From Macrostomum lignano (lineage: Eukaryota), in assembly GCA_002269645.1 (NCBI GenBank), contig NIVC01000208.1, positions 434,001 through 498,000 on the forward strand: DNA of 64,000 bases, read 5' to 3'. Positions 1 through 11,905 of the stretch are shown here, one piece after another. The notes beneath the pieces were generated by a model. That model was not told where the DNA came from, ran no database searches, and saw nothing but the letters and a program-made list of their open reading frames with translations. Position numbers and translations under genes: made by a program. How positions within the stretch are numbered: position 1 is the first letter of the stretch; each line of letters opens with the position of its first letter.

Positions 1-1650
1 CGAGCGGGTTCTGAGTCGCAAGAAACGCCGAGTGAACCGAGAAGCTACCGAGTACATAGTCGAGATCCACATCCTCATTGATCACCACGTTTGGAAGACT
101 TTCAAGTCAATTTTCGGTACAGATGAAGAAGCCCTGACTGAGCTGCACTTCTACTATTCTCACATTGTGATTGGCATGGACACGGTCTTCAGGAACATCG
201 GCAGTCCGTCAATCAGTGTCAGGTGCATTGGGTTAACACTGGCCAAGACCGAAGCCGATGCAAAGTGGATGCCTCTGGATAGCTCGGCTGACGGTACGCG
301 CTTTGGGAAAAATACTGTCAGTTACGCTCGTATTTAGGTACGAGTGTAATTTACAATAATTTCAATGTTAAAGAGTTTACCTGAACTGCTTTTTTTAGCG
401 AAGGATGGAAATGTCATTATGAACAGCATCCGAGCGTACACGAGAGTCAACAGAGCTGATCACGTGATGGCTTTCACGCGCAGGGACATTCGGATGGACG
501 GAGACGTCGTAGGATTGGCCTATTCACGTAGCGCCTGCCAAAAGTGGAAGATCAGCATTGTCGAAGATTTGGGCCTCCACAGCTGGGACACGGCGGCGCA
601 CGAGCTCGGGCACAGCTTGGGGGCCGGCCACGATGAAAATAAGCCCGACTGCGAAGCGTCTCAACAGTTTCTGATGACATCTTTTGCTGCATTCTACAAT
701 GTCAACAATATAGCCAATTCCTATCGGTTCTCTCCGTGCTCAGTGAGACAGATCAGGACCTACCTTATATCCAGTGAGTATTTAAAATTCAAAATCAAAC
801 AATTTGATGGAAAAATCTGGATTATGCTTGTCGGTATTTGTCCTATATCTACACGATGCCAGTATATTTTTTCTATAGCTGATGTTTTACCAGTGTGCCT
901 AGCAGCTGATTGACGTAATTTGTCTAGCCGTGCTGTTTTTGGTTAGTAAAATGGCTGTTTGCCCCGTTTAAGAGGGGATAAAATGAAAATGAATAGGATT
1001 CGTCGAGTGCGTTTTGCTTGAATGACTTTAGGTAGGGAACTTTATATTCGGGGTTGTAATCGGGCATGCGCGCATGGGAAGAAATAATGGGCTTTTCGTA
1101 GGTCCCGGGCCGCTTTCACATCAGGAGATCAGCATTGATTTAACTCACAAACTGTGTGTTAAATTCCTGACCAGGTAAAGCAGCGTGCCTGCGGTCTCTT
1201 CAAGGCACCCCAGTCAGCAGACTGACAGGCTCTGTCCGCCAGGGAGCTCGCATGTCCCTCGATCAGGTGTGCCGTCTGAGTTTCCCATCCAGTCCTGGAA
1301 AAGTTTTCGTGTATGCTAAAGTCAGAAAAGACCCAGCACTGCTGTGCGCCGAACTGCACTGCTACAAGAAGGCCGGAGATTCGAGGGGAAAAACTATTCC
1401 TGGTCTTCGTGCTCCGGTCGGCACCCCGTGCGGCAGTCAGAAGAGCTGCAACTGGAACGGCCAGTGCACCTACGACTCCAAGGTCCCAGCCGTCGACATT
1501 TCCTGCTTTTTCGGCGATCGTGCTTCGGCCGAGCAGTGCAACAGGTTCTACCGGACCATCGCAGAGGCTAGGAGTGCAGCGGTCAGGAGTTACTACTGCA
1601 GTCAGGTGAAGTCTGCCTGCTGCAAGACGCTGGCCAACATCTGCTCTTGA
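1..1650 (+). CDS. Short ADAMTS-like reprolysin (M12B) metalloprotease, copy 1 (5' end outside window); exons <1-293, 399-773, 1175-1650
   Basis: GT-AG introns at 294-398 and 774-1174 join in phase 1. Furin-type RKKRR, zinc motif HELGHSLGAGHD, Met-turn FLM, ADAMTS-type Cys-rich module (LDQVC...CAELHC...GTPCGSQKSCNWNGQC) and a 6-Cys C-terminal module. AATAAA at 1732-1737. Confidence 0.93.
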
Positions 1651-2684
1651 TGTTGCCACGCAAATCTAAGTAAATCATGGACTCATTCGAAAGTTGACAA
1701 TACAATTTCCAGTGGACGGCGTTGTTTTTTGAATAAATTTGTTGGAGTTAAGCAACAGCTAATAAAAGTATTGTCGCAGTCTAAAATGCACTCCTTTTTG
1801 CCTAAGCTCTTGTTTAGCACTTTAAACACATTCTAAGTATTGAAAGAATTAATTACATTTGACAATATCTAGAGAATATCAGTTTGCGCATCGAATCTGA
1901 AATTTCTGTGAAGAGTTGCGAAACAGTTTTGAATTATTTGGTGTGGAACTCGCCCTCAATCAGAGCTCATCTGCTTCAGCTTTAGAAAAGCGGTCAGATG
2001 AGATATATTGACGACGATTTCAAATGGTCACTCGAACTTCACGACTAACCTTAAACAGAATTATAAATCTAAATACTGGATAGTTTGATTGCTTGAATTT
2101 CAGAGACTGCATTCCGGTTGAAATTTTGCTTGACTACACTGTTTCTCTACCAGTTTTCAGTCTAGAACTTTGGTGTTCTAATGTATACAGAGCCTGTGAC
2201 AAGCAGCACGAATTTTTGGTGATCAGCTATGAAATGTTTACAAGAGCGGTGTTCGACTTTACAAAGGTTCGTTTTACGGCCTTTTAAAGATAATTTAGTT
2301 CAAAAAGTGTTTCTGAACTTTGTCTAGATTTTTTGCCTAGTTCTTAGTAAGGCAGCTCGTGTAGAATGCGACTTTAAATTCATTTAGACAGCCATTCATG
2401 GCAAAACACGCTAAAATTGGTCAGGAATCATTGTCTAGTCAAAGAATAAATTTAGCGCGTGTTCTAAAGAAGCTAAAGTATTGGAAAAGATTACTTACTT
2501 TTTCAAGAGCGCCGCATTTTTACAGAATTTAAAGAAGAGTTTCTGCAAAAATTTTAATTTTTTTTAAATTGACGGATCAACTTTCGTATTTTTTATTTAA
2601 CTGCTTCCGACTGCTACGAATGCTTCTGCATGCTTAAAAGCAAGGCTCAAGAAGTGTTCAACGTCTAGAAAAAAACCAATAAAA

Positions 2685-3383
2685 ATGCTAGGAACATATA
2701 GGTCCGCTTCTTTTTGAGCCGCTTTAATAATGAAAACCATATACAGCAGATGATTCTGCAACATTTCAGTTCTGCTTCTGTTCATTGTTTTTACGGTGGC
2801 CCAGGCCTCGGTGTCCGTGACGCAATCCAGCGGTGACGGACCTCACCCGTCCTCCATGGAGATCGAGCTCCAGCTGCCCGACACCGACAAGAAAGTCCGC
2901 ATCCCGCTGACTAAGACTGCTCCGTTGGATGACGCTGTGGTCACTGTGACGGACGATGGAGTCTCGAGGACGTTCTCTGGCCGACAAGCTCAACACGGAG
3001 ATCACGCTCACTACAGAAATGTAGATCGGAAGTCTGTGATCAGCGTTCGACACGAGAACGGCACAAAGCGCATCAAAGGTCACGTGACGCACCAAGACGC
3101 CTTGTATTTCGTCGAGCCGATCGGCGACTTCGAGCACCGTGTCTCCAAAACCAACGGAACTGACTCGCAGACGGATGGGACGCAGCACGAGCGGGTTCTG
3201 AGTCGCAAAAAACGCCGAGTGAACCGAGAGGCTACCGAATACATAGTCGAGATCCACATCTTCATTGATCACACCGTGTGGAAGACTTTCAAGACAATTT
3301 TCGGTACGGATGACAAAGCCCTGACTGAGCTGCACTTCTACTATTCTCACATTGTCATTGGCATGGACACGGTCTTCAGGAAC
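2685..3383 (+). pseudogene. Metalloprotease copy 2, truncated pseudogene (signal peptide, prodomain and start of catalytic domain only)
   Basis: About 97% identical by eye to exon 2 of copy 3. The first donor is mutated (ACAT|ATAGGT vs ACAG|GTAGGT in copy 3). Homology stops abruptly after ...VFRN at 3383, where piggyBac-derived sequence begins. No zinc motif follows. Confidence 0.88.
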
Positions 3384-4856
3384 CATGTTCAGCATTCAGC
3401 TCTGTCTGGACGATCTTCGGGACCTTCAATGGAGTGCCACCACGCGGGCCTGACGAGCTGGCACCGCCAACATCGTCATTTTTTTATGAAGGCACCTAAC
3501 CAGGCATGTCTGCATATTATACAATGCTTTTGCACAATGTTAATTTTGAAACTACCAAACATCCTCTGCGGACTGCCGCAACGGACAAGCTCTACGGCAT
3601 TCGACGCTTGTATGACGCCTTTGTCAGTCAGCTGCGCCTTCCTGTTCTTTCCGGGCCGTACCTCTGCGTCGACAAAACTCTGGTTGTCTACTGGAGTGTG
3701 AACTGTGACTTCACGGTCTTTCTGAAAGAGAAGCCCGGTCGCAATGGTGCTAAGCTCTTCCTGCTGACATCGGCCGGGAATCCAGACATTCAGGATGACA
3801 TGGACATCCGCTATGTGTTCAATGCGGAAATCTGCACTGCCAAAGGAACACTGCTGTCCACTACTTTTGCATCACAGGAATCCGATGGTCGGCTTGCGGA
3901 GGGCTCAGAGGTTTGGAGTGGTGAGTAAGTTGCTTGCCGCTTGGCTGATCCATTCAGATGACACTGGTGCAGGAAATAGGATTCACGTTTCTTGGAACAG
4001 TGATGCATACTCGTGGTGGCCTGACAGCCGATCTCAAGAATTCAACTCAAAACGTGGCTCCACGCACGAGTGAATTCCCGTTTTCTGAGGAGCTCACATG
4101 TGTGTCTTACTGCCCCAAGGCGGGCCAAAACGTGATTTTGCTTTCCACAATGCGTCACGACAGACAATTGCTTCCCAATGGCAATCCTGTAGCAATAGGC
4201 ACGTACTACAATTCTACCCAGGGTGGCACGGACACATTTAAACAGGATGTTCCGCACATCCGACTGCAAGCGAAATTCCGACTCATGCGAGAAGGCAATC
4301 TTCTCCGGCGGCATACTCAACATAGCAGCTGTGAATGCCGCTGCTATTTGGAGACTGGTGCACCCGGAGCTCTGCGCCTCGCCGAACTATCGCAACGACT
4401 TCTAGCTCAAGGCAGCTGCGCAACTTCTGCAACCTCTGATCGAGGAGCGCTCTTCTTCTTTTCTTCAGAATCTGTCCGATCCTCACCGGCTGATGTTCCA
4501 GCTCGCAAGTTGTCAATTCGGCGACGAGCAAATGAAGGAACAGGCACGCGAAGCAGCGGCTGTGGTGTCAGTTGGTGGGAGAAAGCGCTGTGCAACATGC
4601 GCGAGACAAAATTCAAAGGACGAGAAGCGTGTCTTGAGTGCGACAACAAGGAAGAGTTGCATGCGTGACGAAGGAATTTGCCGAAGACACACTGCGATGG
4701 AAGAGACAGTGAGTCATCATTACTGCGCACGTTGTGAACCAAATTAAATAGTGACGATTGACTCCGCTTTTGTGTCTATGTGTCGGTATTCAGATCCTTC
4801 TGCTCTGAATTTGCTGTAATATCATTTTTGGCATGATGTAAGTGGTGAATGGTTAA
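3384..4856 (+). mobile_element. Degenerate piggyBac-family transposase remnant, 5'-truncated
   Basis: Frameshifted piggyBac-type motifs: DKLYGIRRLYDAF, GPYLCVDKTLV, KPGRNGAKLFLL, VSYCPKAGQNVILLSTMRH, YYNSTQGGTDTF, LNIAAVNA and a C-terminal Cys/His cluster (RKRCATC...ICRRH...CARC). Possible right end at TTAA 4853-4856. Confidence 0.85.
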
Positions 4857-5280
4857 GCGGTAAGTGGTTAGCGAACACGTCGGGGAGGGGCCGCCCCGGG
4901 CCTGTGTGGGCTCTCCGTTGTGCGTGTTCTGTCTGGCGGGGGGGGGGTGGGTGCTTGAGTCCCACCACCCCGGCCCTTGGGGGTTTTTAGGCCGCGCGGG
5001 GCTGCTCTGGCTCAGCTACACTGTCTCGCGTTTGCAAGCTCAATTTTTTATTCTGTTTTTATTTTCCCCCTTTAAAGCCATATTTGTCTTTCAATCGCTT
5101 TCGAACTGAGCTCACTAAAATATATTCGACCAATCACAGGGGCCTGTTCCGCCCGGGTTCGTCTCCCTCGCCCGTGTCGTGTCTTTGCCTTCGTTCCTCG
5201 GCGTCGTTCGTTAATATCATTTTTGACAAATTAAATATTTTATATTGTTCGGTCGTCAATTAAATCTGTAACTTTCCTAT

Positions 5281-5680
5281 TTAACATGGTGCAAAAGCAC
5301 TGTATAATATGCAGACATGCCTGGTTTGGTGCTTTGATAGAAAATCACGATGTTGGCGGTGTCAGCTCATCGGGGCCGCGTGGTGGCACTCCGTTGAAGG
5401 TCCCGAAGGTCGCTGTATGTCTACAGGTCAGCCTAGAGGATCGCCATCGTCTATTTCACTCAACGATTATGTCTACTGACTGAATGCTGCATGCAGAAGA
5501 GGATTCTACCACATCAGGTTTGGGAACGCAGCCGTCTCTGAGATGCCGATCGGGTGCTTTTGTTGAAGGTCATGACGGTCGCCGCCGATGCTCCAGACGG
5601 ATATGAAGGGGACCCTGGTGCCTAGAATGCTGAGAACAAAGGCCTCTACGACAGATGGACCCAGATGGTTGAGCCATGTT
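5281..5680 (-). mobile_element. Second piggyBac fragment (N-terminal part), inverted relative to the first
   Basis: The reverse complement of about 5281-5500 aligns with 3384-3545 (e.g. CTTCGGGACCTTCAA.GGAGTGCCACCACGCGG; CCAGGCATGTCTGCATATTATACA). The homology ends at a TTAA (5281-5284). Confidence 0.75.
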
Positions 5681-5682
5681 AA

Positions 5683-5975
5683 AAAAGCGGAAAATTTTGA
5701 TCCATATGGTGGAATTTTACTAAAATCGGTAATTTGGTTTGCGAGCTATCGTGAAATGGGTTGTGTGTATTTGTAATACACCCCCGTGGTCTTTCCCCGT
5801 GGGGAAAAAATAGCGTGGTCTTTCTATTGTTAACAGTCTCGGATTTTAGTGTTCAAATTTCTGATCGAACAGTGCAAGTTCGAACAAAATCGGTTCAGCC
5901 GTTTTTGCTAAAATCGATCGCATACCTAGATAGATACCTAGATAGATACCGACAGACCATTTTTTGTATATGGAT
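5683..5975 (+). mobile_element. Possible non-autonomous Helitron/DINE-like fragment
   Basis: CAAATTT...AAAATCGGTTCAGCCGTTT followed by a short (TAGATACC)n/ACAGAC tract and TTTTTTGTATATGGAT. This layout is reminiscent of Lep1/DINE-type elements; termini were not established. Confidence 0.35.
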
Positions 5976-6285
5976 ATCATTGCCGGTATATAACACCGCA
6001 CTCGATAAGAGCTCGCTTCAATTATTTGCAGCCCCAGATAAGTGAGGTGTCATTTAGATAAGACCGAGAAACAGCTGCGCACTCATATGAGCGTAGCTCG
6101 TACCCTCGCAATGCCAAGATGCTTTGTCAGAGCTCTACTTTGTGCAAAGGAGTCGAGAGCACGCAAATCCTGCAGTGTACACTCTGGCCGCTTCTCTCTC
6201 TTTGCTTGAATGTTGTTTAGTCTTTGCATTATGCTAAGCTTCTTTCTTCTTTCTTAACGAAAATTTCATCCTTATCCACGCTGAG

Positions 6286-6292
6286 TATAAAA
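6286..6292 (+). promoter_or_regulatory. TATA box of the orphan secreted-protein gene
   Basis: TATAAAA about 60 nt upstream of the ATG at 6354. Confidence 0.5.
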
Positions 6293-6353
6293 TGAATTGC
6301 AGTTAGAGACAGAAGCGAAGCGACGCACAGAAAACAACAGTAAGTCTCGCGAA

Positions 6354-9300
6354 ATGAAAACTGTAGCCAGTATTATTGCTCTACTGTTGACGCTGTGCAG
6401 TAGACCGGGTAAGCAAAACACTTAGATTGCTTGTTTTAGCTTGGTAAACAAGGAAACATAACAGCTTGTTAACTGCGATTAGTCAAATATAGTTTTTCTT
6501 GTCTAATCTTTTGTAAGTGAACGATTCAAAAGATGGTTTTGAATCATTGAATATTTGATGCACACTTCTTCGAAGAAGATTTTGCCTTCTGAGAGCTCAT
6601 TGGTGCTGCAATGTGGAATTTTCTTCTTCTGCCCAAAAATCTGGAAGGGGCCAAATAGATCAACAGGGTAACACATGTGATTCTTGCGACGTACGCACGA
6701 CGTACCCTGAAAACCGAACCAGCCCCATTATGCTTATGTAGTGACTTTGAAGTGTACTTGTTTGCGCTAGTCGCTAGAGCGGGAGTTTGCGACAAAGTAG
6801 TCCAGGCATTAGATGCAGATGCATTCCATTTAGAACAACGAGCATTTCGCTGTCATGAAAGCGTTCAGAGCAAGGAAAATTTTATCGAATCACGCATGTA
6901 TCTAAAAGTATACGAGTCGGGGAAGATGCTCAAAAGCTCTTCCGTTGACAACAAAGATGCTCAAGAGGCTTTGCTGTTCCATCAGTTCTTCTGCGGCCTT
7001 CCCAAATCCGTGAGCTGGCAGACTCATGCGGACTCCGGCGTTAAGACCTCAATGCATTCAAAACATCTGAGAATTCAGATGCTGACGCGCTGTCCAGGCT
7101 GCACGGTCAAGAAGTTGCAGCTACGCAATCGACCCCGGAAATCGACACCGAAAGGCGCAAAACTGCACAGCGGCAGCACCCGGAACTCAGTCAGGTAATT
7201 CAGGTGATAGACAAGGACGCAGAAATTGCACCTAGATGGCAAGCAGTACCACTGCATCAACTCGGCAGAATCTGGAAGAAGCTGAAGCTGGATGACGATG
7301 GCGTTCTACTGAGCAAGTTGAATCACCCGGACGGACAGACGGTTCCAGTGGTGTCAGCGACGTTTCGAAAAAAATTTTTTGACCAACGCTCACGTGGTCT
7401 GGGAGGTCAGTTCAGAGCCGAGGTACGCTGCAACCGCACACTGAAATTGACTGCCTACTGACCCGGCATGGCTGAAGACATTGTGCAACTGCCAGAGCTG
7501 TTCTGTCAGGAGAAGAAAGTGGGCTCGCGAACCAGCGGGTCACTCGGAGAACTGCTAATCGGATCTTCATGGAATTCTGTGCTTATCGACATCATCAGGG
7601 TGGCGCCATCATGGCGCGGCAACAACTGCCTGATGGTGGCTCAATTTTGCAAGTGGCAAGACCACCACTCGCGCTTTTCTCTTCATCTGCTCCCAGTCTG
7701 GACTTTCCTGAGTCATCCACTCGGATCAAGGACCGAATTTTGAGAGTCAGCTTTTTCGAGACGCTTTGCGAGATCTGGTAGTCATGAAAGCAAAAAACAA
7801 TCGAATTCTCGGGCGATTCAGTGCTGCAGTTACTCGGTGTTCCATTGAGCGAGAGAGGAGTGGGAGAATAAGCTACCCCTGATCCTGCTGCCCCACAATT
7901 TCCGGGAGCACTCTCCAACACAGCTGCTGCTAGCAATCGTATCGTATTTAACTTGCGTATCAATCTAATAAACGCCAAAGGGGCTTCGTCAACTCTCAGT
8001 CGTATCTCCCTGCCTTAGTCTACACTTTTACTAACGTAAAGCCAACATTTTGACTTTATTTTAGCGTCGAGCAGCGAAGAGCCGAAGCTATTCGGAGTTC
8101 TGTCGCCAGCAGATCCACATCAGTATATGCTGTTCTTCTCAACCATGAGCGAGTATCAGAAGCTCGGTGCGACTCAGCTTGTGTACTTTCTAAGCATTGG
8201 TGGATCCATAATAGATAAGCGATTTAATCCATCAGAGGTGATTAATTCTCACTAAATTCAGTAGTGCAGGTTTCTTTGCTGATAAATACACACGTTTAAT
8301 ATCTTACAAATTGTACATTTGCACCGCTTTTATCCTCAGGCCACCTGCATAGCCAACTCCAGTTACTGCTTCATGACGGGGAAACTGCCGTCAGACATTT
8401 CGCCTAAAGTGTGTCACATTGGAATCACGGTAAATTTGGAAATGTATCGATTGTTTTATTTAGATCATTTAGTTTAGTCAGTTTAAGTATTTTATCTTAC
8501 CAACTTATCAAAATCAATTACAGCTTCGAATTAGCAAGATCAACTACGACGGCTGCTTACCGAATAGCTGTCCCAATATTTACTCGACTGACGAGTGCCA
8601 GCTTCGGGGTGAGACTCGAAGTATTTGTCCTTTTCGCAGCCAGGTGGATGGCTCGACCTTTTACCTCAATTCACCTGTACCTCATGAATCCAAATAAACC
8701 CCTAGAACTCCGCACAATCTAACCACTACTTCAAAATCCGTCTCATCACTTAAAATCCGCCTAGCTAAAGCACATTACATGTATTCCAGAATCCCAGCAT
8801 GCGTCTGACCCCCGGATCGATTACGGTTAAATAGACAGCCGCTGTATAGTACACCCTATGTGAGCGTGTGCATATATGAGTGCGTGCCTGCGTACAGTAT
8901 TTGTGAGCTTCTATGTGCTCAGGAGCCAGTGGGATTGCCCACTGATTGTGGAACTATGTCGCTGAAAGCGTCGCGCCAGGGTGCTCAAAGCATTCCTGCA
9001 ATTCATATTATTATCATCCCAGTATTCCGCCCAAATCCGCCCACACCCCTGCAGTGCACGCAGACACCAGGGAGTGCAGCCAGCAGCCCTGGCCCTTCGA
9101 GCCGTGTCCGTATCCCCCATCGGTCTCCGAGTTTCTGCCGAAGAGCCAGCAATACAACAAGAGCAGCAGCGAAAATTCAACTGAAATTAGAAAAGAAGCG
9201 CAAGACTCCAGCAAATCGCTTGTTTTAATAGGCAGTTTCAGCGTACTCTTTGTAGCGATTGGGGTCACCATCGGACTACTGATGTCGGTTCTGAGACGCC

Positions 9301-9494
9301 CACACGTGACGGTCTTGTACTTAATTGAGTCTTGCGACAGCGACTGGCAAAGACTGTTGAAGCCGCCACCCAAAAGACAGCTGGAGCGTATCAAGCGGAT
9401 GCCAGGACATTCCTTCAGCTCTGTGGCAGCCGGCATTAAAGAGTTAAGCATGAGAAACTGGAAAACCGCTCCTGCACTGAGAACAGCTGATTAA
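6354..9494 (+). CDS. Orphan Cys-containing secreted or type I membrane protein gene (possibly decaying); exons 6354-6408, 8065-8237, 8340-8408, 8524-?, putative last segment 8946-9494
   Basis: Exon 1 encodes a signal peptide (MKTVASIIALLLTLCSRP) ending in G|GTAAGC. Three consecutive GT-AG junctions are phase-compatible (1,0,0). The 8946-9494 ORF has a hydrophobic TM segment (LVLIGSFSVLFVAIGVTIGLLMSVL-RR). The link between exon 4 (in-frame stop near 8700) and 8946 could not be resolved. Confidence 0.5.
6677..7940 (+). mobile_element. Internally deleted Ty3/Gypsy LTR-retrotransposon remnant (gag-like piece, RNase H end, integrase) in intron 1 of the orphan gene
   Basis: NSDADALSR (7072-7098, RNase H C-terminus), AY*PGMAEDI...CQEK (integrase zinc-binding region), WNSVLIDI, HSDQGPNFES (7718-7747) and EWENKLPLILL. 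Many stops and frameshifts; LTRs not identified. Confidence 0.8.
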
Positions 9495-10256
9495 GGGATG
9501 TCAACTGCTTAATTTTCCTGTTTGACAGTTTATTGTTTGATAATCAGCTTTCCCTGCTTTAGACTCATCAGCTGTTTAGTCTGCCAAATGACTAAACGAA
9601 AGTGCACTTTATTTGTCTCTGTTAGCCACACCGAGTGCTAGAGCGCATCCATAAACAGCGCTGTCCCCTCTCGGTTATCATGATTTTTGTGACCTCTTCT
9701 GCAGGGGAAGTAATAAATTTTAGAATCTGCGAATCATCTCAAACGCACTTGTAGCGCCTAAATGGATCTAGACTATCGGGGCTTCAAATCTTCTTTTTAT
9801 TGCTCCCGTGTGAGTTTTCTATTTGACTGATTTATTTTATTGTCTTTGTATGCTGTTGGTGCTGACAAAAATCATTAATATGTGAAGGTAATGGCTTCAG
9901 TAAAATAAAAAATTAATCCTATCATTTAGTCATTCCTGGGATTTTTTGTCTATGTAGTTTTTGTTGGAAAGCGTTATGAAAGTGTATTGCTCGTGGTAAA
10001 AGTGAGCCTTTAGTTAGCTCAAATAGTTGCTGGTTTTCTGCAATGCCTATGACAAACCACGTCTTTCGGCTTGGCTCGTTTCCGCTGCGTGTGTCGCACC
10101 CAATAGATCGCAAAAAGGTATATAGAAATTCAATGACGGTGTCGCCGTTGGCTCGAATCTTCAAATTCTTCCCATTTTCCGGATTTAGTCGCACACATCG
10201 CACCGTGCCCGACGTAGGATCGTTGGTAACGTCAACTGGGTTAGTTAACTCGGTAT

Positions 10257-10900
10257 CTACAGCTTGAGAGTTGGTCGTAATTTAGCCACCTTCACGGCAG
10301 CTGTTACTTGATGGCTCATAGCACATATGGCTTGCTCTCGTTTCTGCCCTCGTCGAATGTAGCGCTCGACAGATGCACCTCGCTTGTGGCCTGTCAGTTC
10401 GGCGATAGCTTCGACAATAAATCCAGCATTTTTAGAGGGTATCGTCGGCAAACAAACAAACGATCGGCCATCAACGTTAACACCACAAGAATGAGTTCAT
10501 AGAAAAATAATTTAAATGCTCTTGTCCGCGTTCACCAAGTTGGTACTAAAGAATAAACAAAACTGTGTCTGGCCCGGCGCCACTGCGGTCAAAGTATATA
10601 GCCACGCAGCCTTGCTATGTCGCCTTCTTCAATTGGACCGTAGCTCTTGATTACATCTTCTGACTGGATAAACTTTGAACTTTGAACTTCAACATGCGAT
10701 TTAAACCGTCGAAATTCACAACGATATATGGATGTTTTCCTGAAACAGCAAACCGAGGAGCACCTTGCGGAAGAGAAAATCGAGCAATCCTGATATTAAC
10801 CTTGATGGCATGTTCGACTGCACGCCGAGCGTTAAGACCTCGAAAGATCGATAGAAGAGCTATAAGAAAGTGTCACGAGTGTCAATACCAGACGTCAGAC
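10257..10900 (-). mobile_element. Crypton-like tyrosine-recombinase DNA transposon remnant
   Basis: Minus-strand fragments read GPIEEGDIARLRGY/FDRS...LF...QLGERGQE (10519-10530), then THS... and KNAGF.VEAIAELTGHKRGASVERY. These match the RG.E, HS.R and GH...S...Y pattern of Crypton/DUF3504-type YRs. Frameshifted, with an internal deletion. Confidence 0.62.
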
Positions 10901-11415
10901 GGATGAATACGTCAAAATGTTGTTCAACTTCATGGCATCGACGCCATCTTTTAAAATTGACTTGATGGCGACTGAGCCAGAAAACGCTAACAGTGTGCTG
11001 CTATTGTTCTACGGCACGCAAAGTCAACTTTTCACAATTTCATTTCACGGAAGCGGGACTGAGAGCACCTTTAATTTACCCAAAGGAGTGTCTACTGTAA
11101 TATGGACATTATTGCAAATGTGACGCCTCTCATACATGTAATTTTTTATACTGTTGTCTCGCTGAATCGTCGTATAAAACGTATTCAGTGACTATGTTAA
11201 GGTCAGGCCATAGACATCCACTTTATGCACGCGTTTTGATCACCAGAACACTTCTTGCATAGCTTGACTATTGGATTTTATCGGCAGCAAGACGACTTTT
11301 TGGTGTACAAAATAATTACAAGAGCGGTTTTGCTTTTACAAATTTCAGTTTTACCTACCTTTCAATTAGAAGTTTCTCTTTAAGATATGTTTGTACTATG
11401 TTCTTTGAACAGAGT

Positions 11416-11710
11416 TTGTGTCTTGTTCCGATTGCGGTAGCTCGTAGAACGACTTCAAATTCAGACAGCCATTCCACAGCAAAAGACTCTAAAACTGGTC
11501 GGAAATCGATATCGAGTCAAAAGTGTTTTGCTTCAGCACTCGTTATAGAGAAACGAAAGTATTTTTGTGTCTTGTTCTGATTGCGGTAGCTCGTAGGACG
11601 ACTTCAAATTGAGACAGCCATTCCACAGCAAAAGACTAAAACTGGTCGGAAATCAATATCGAGTCAAAAGTGTTTAGCTTCAGCACTCGTTATAGAGAAA
11701 CGAAAGTATT
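11416..11710. repeat. Local tandem duplication of about 147 bp upstream of protease copy 3
   Basis: 11416-11562 and 11567-11710 are near-identical. A single diverged homologue lies upstream of copy 2 (about 2340-2495). Confidence 0.85.
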
Positions 11711-11905
11711 GGAAGTTTGAAATTACTTAAATTTTTGAAGAACCCCACATACTTACACAGTTTCAGGAACGGTTTCCTACTGGAAGTTTTATTTAAAATA
11801 TTTGTGGCGAATCGACTTTTGTATTTATATTTTACCTATTCTACGGCTGCTTCTGTGCTTAAAAGCAAGGCTCAAGCGGTGTGCAAAGTCCAGAAACCAA
11901 TAAAA

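Noticed and set aside
1159-1659. Antisense or alternate-frame ORFs over the protease exons (also 2766-3395, 11972-12481, 14453-14809) and over the Ngaro element
   Set aside because: They are shadows of GC-rich coding sequence on the other strand or frame and contain no motifs.
11717-11905. N-terminal extension of the 341-aa ORF
   Set aside because: It starts at TTG and reads through the promoter and the 57-nt intron. The spliced ATG at 11906 matches the exon-1 structure of copies 2 and 4.
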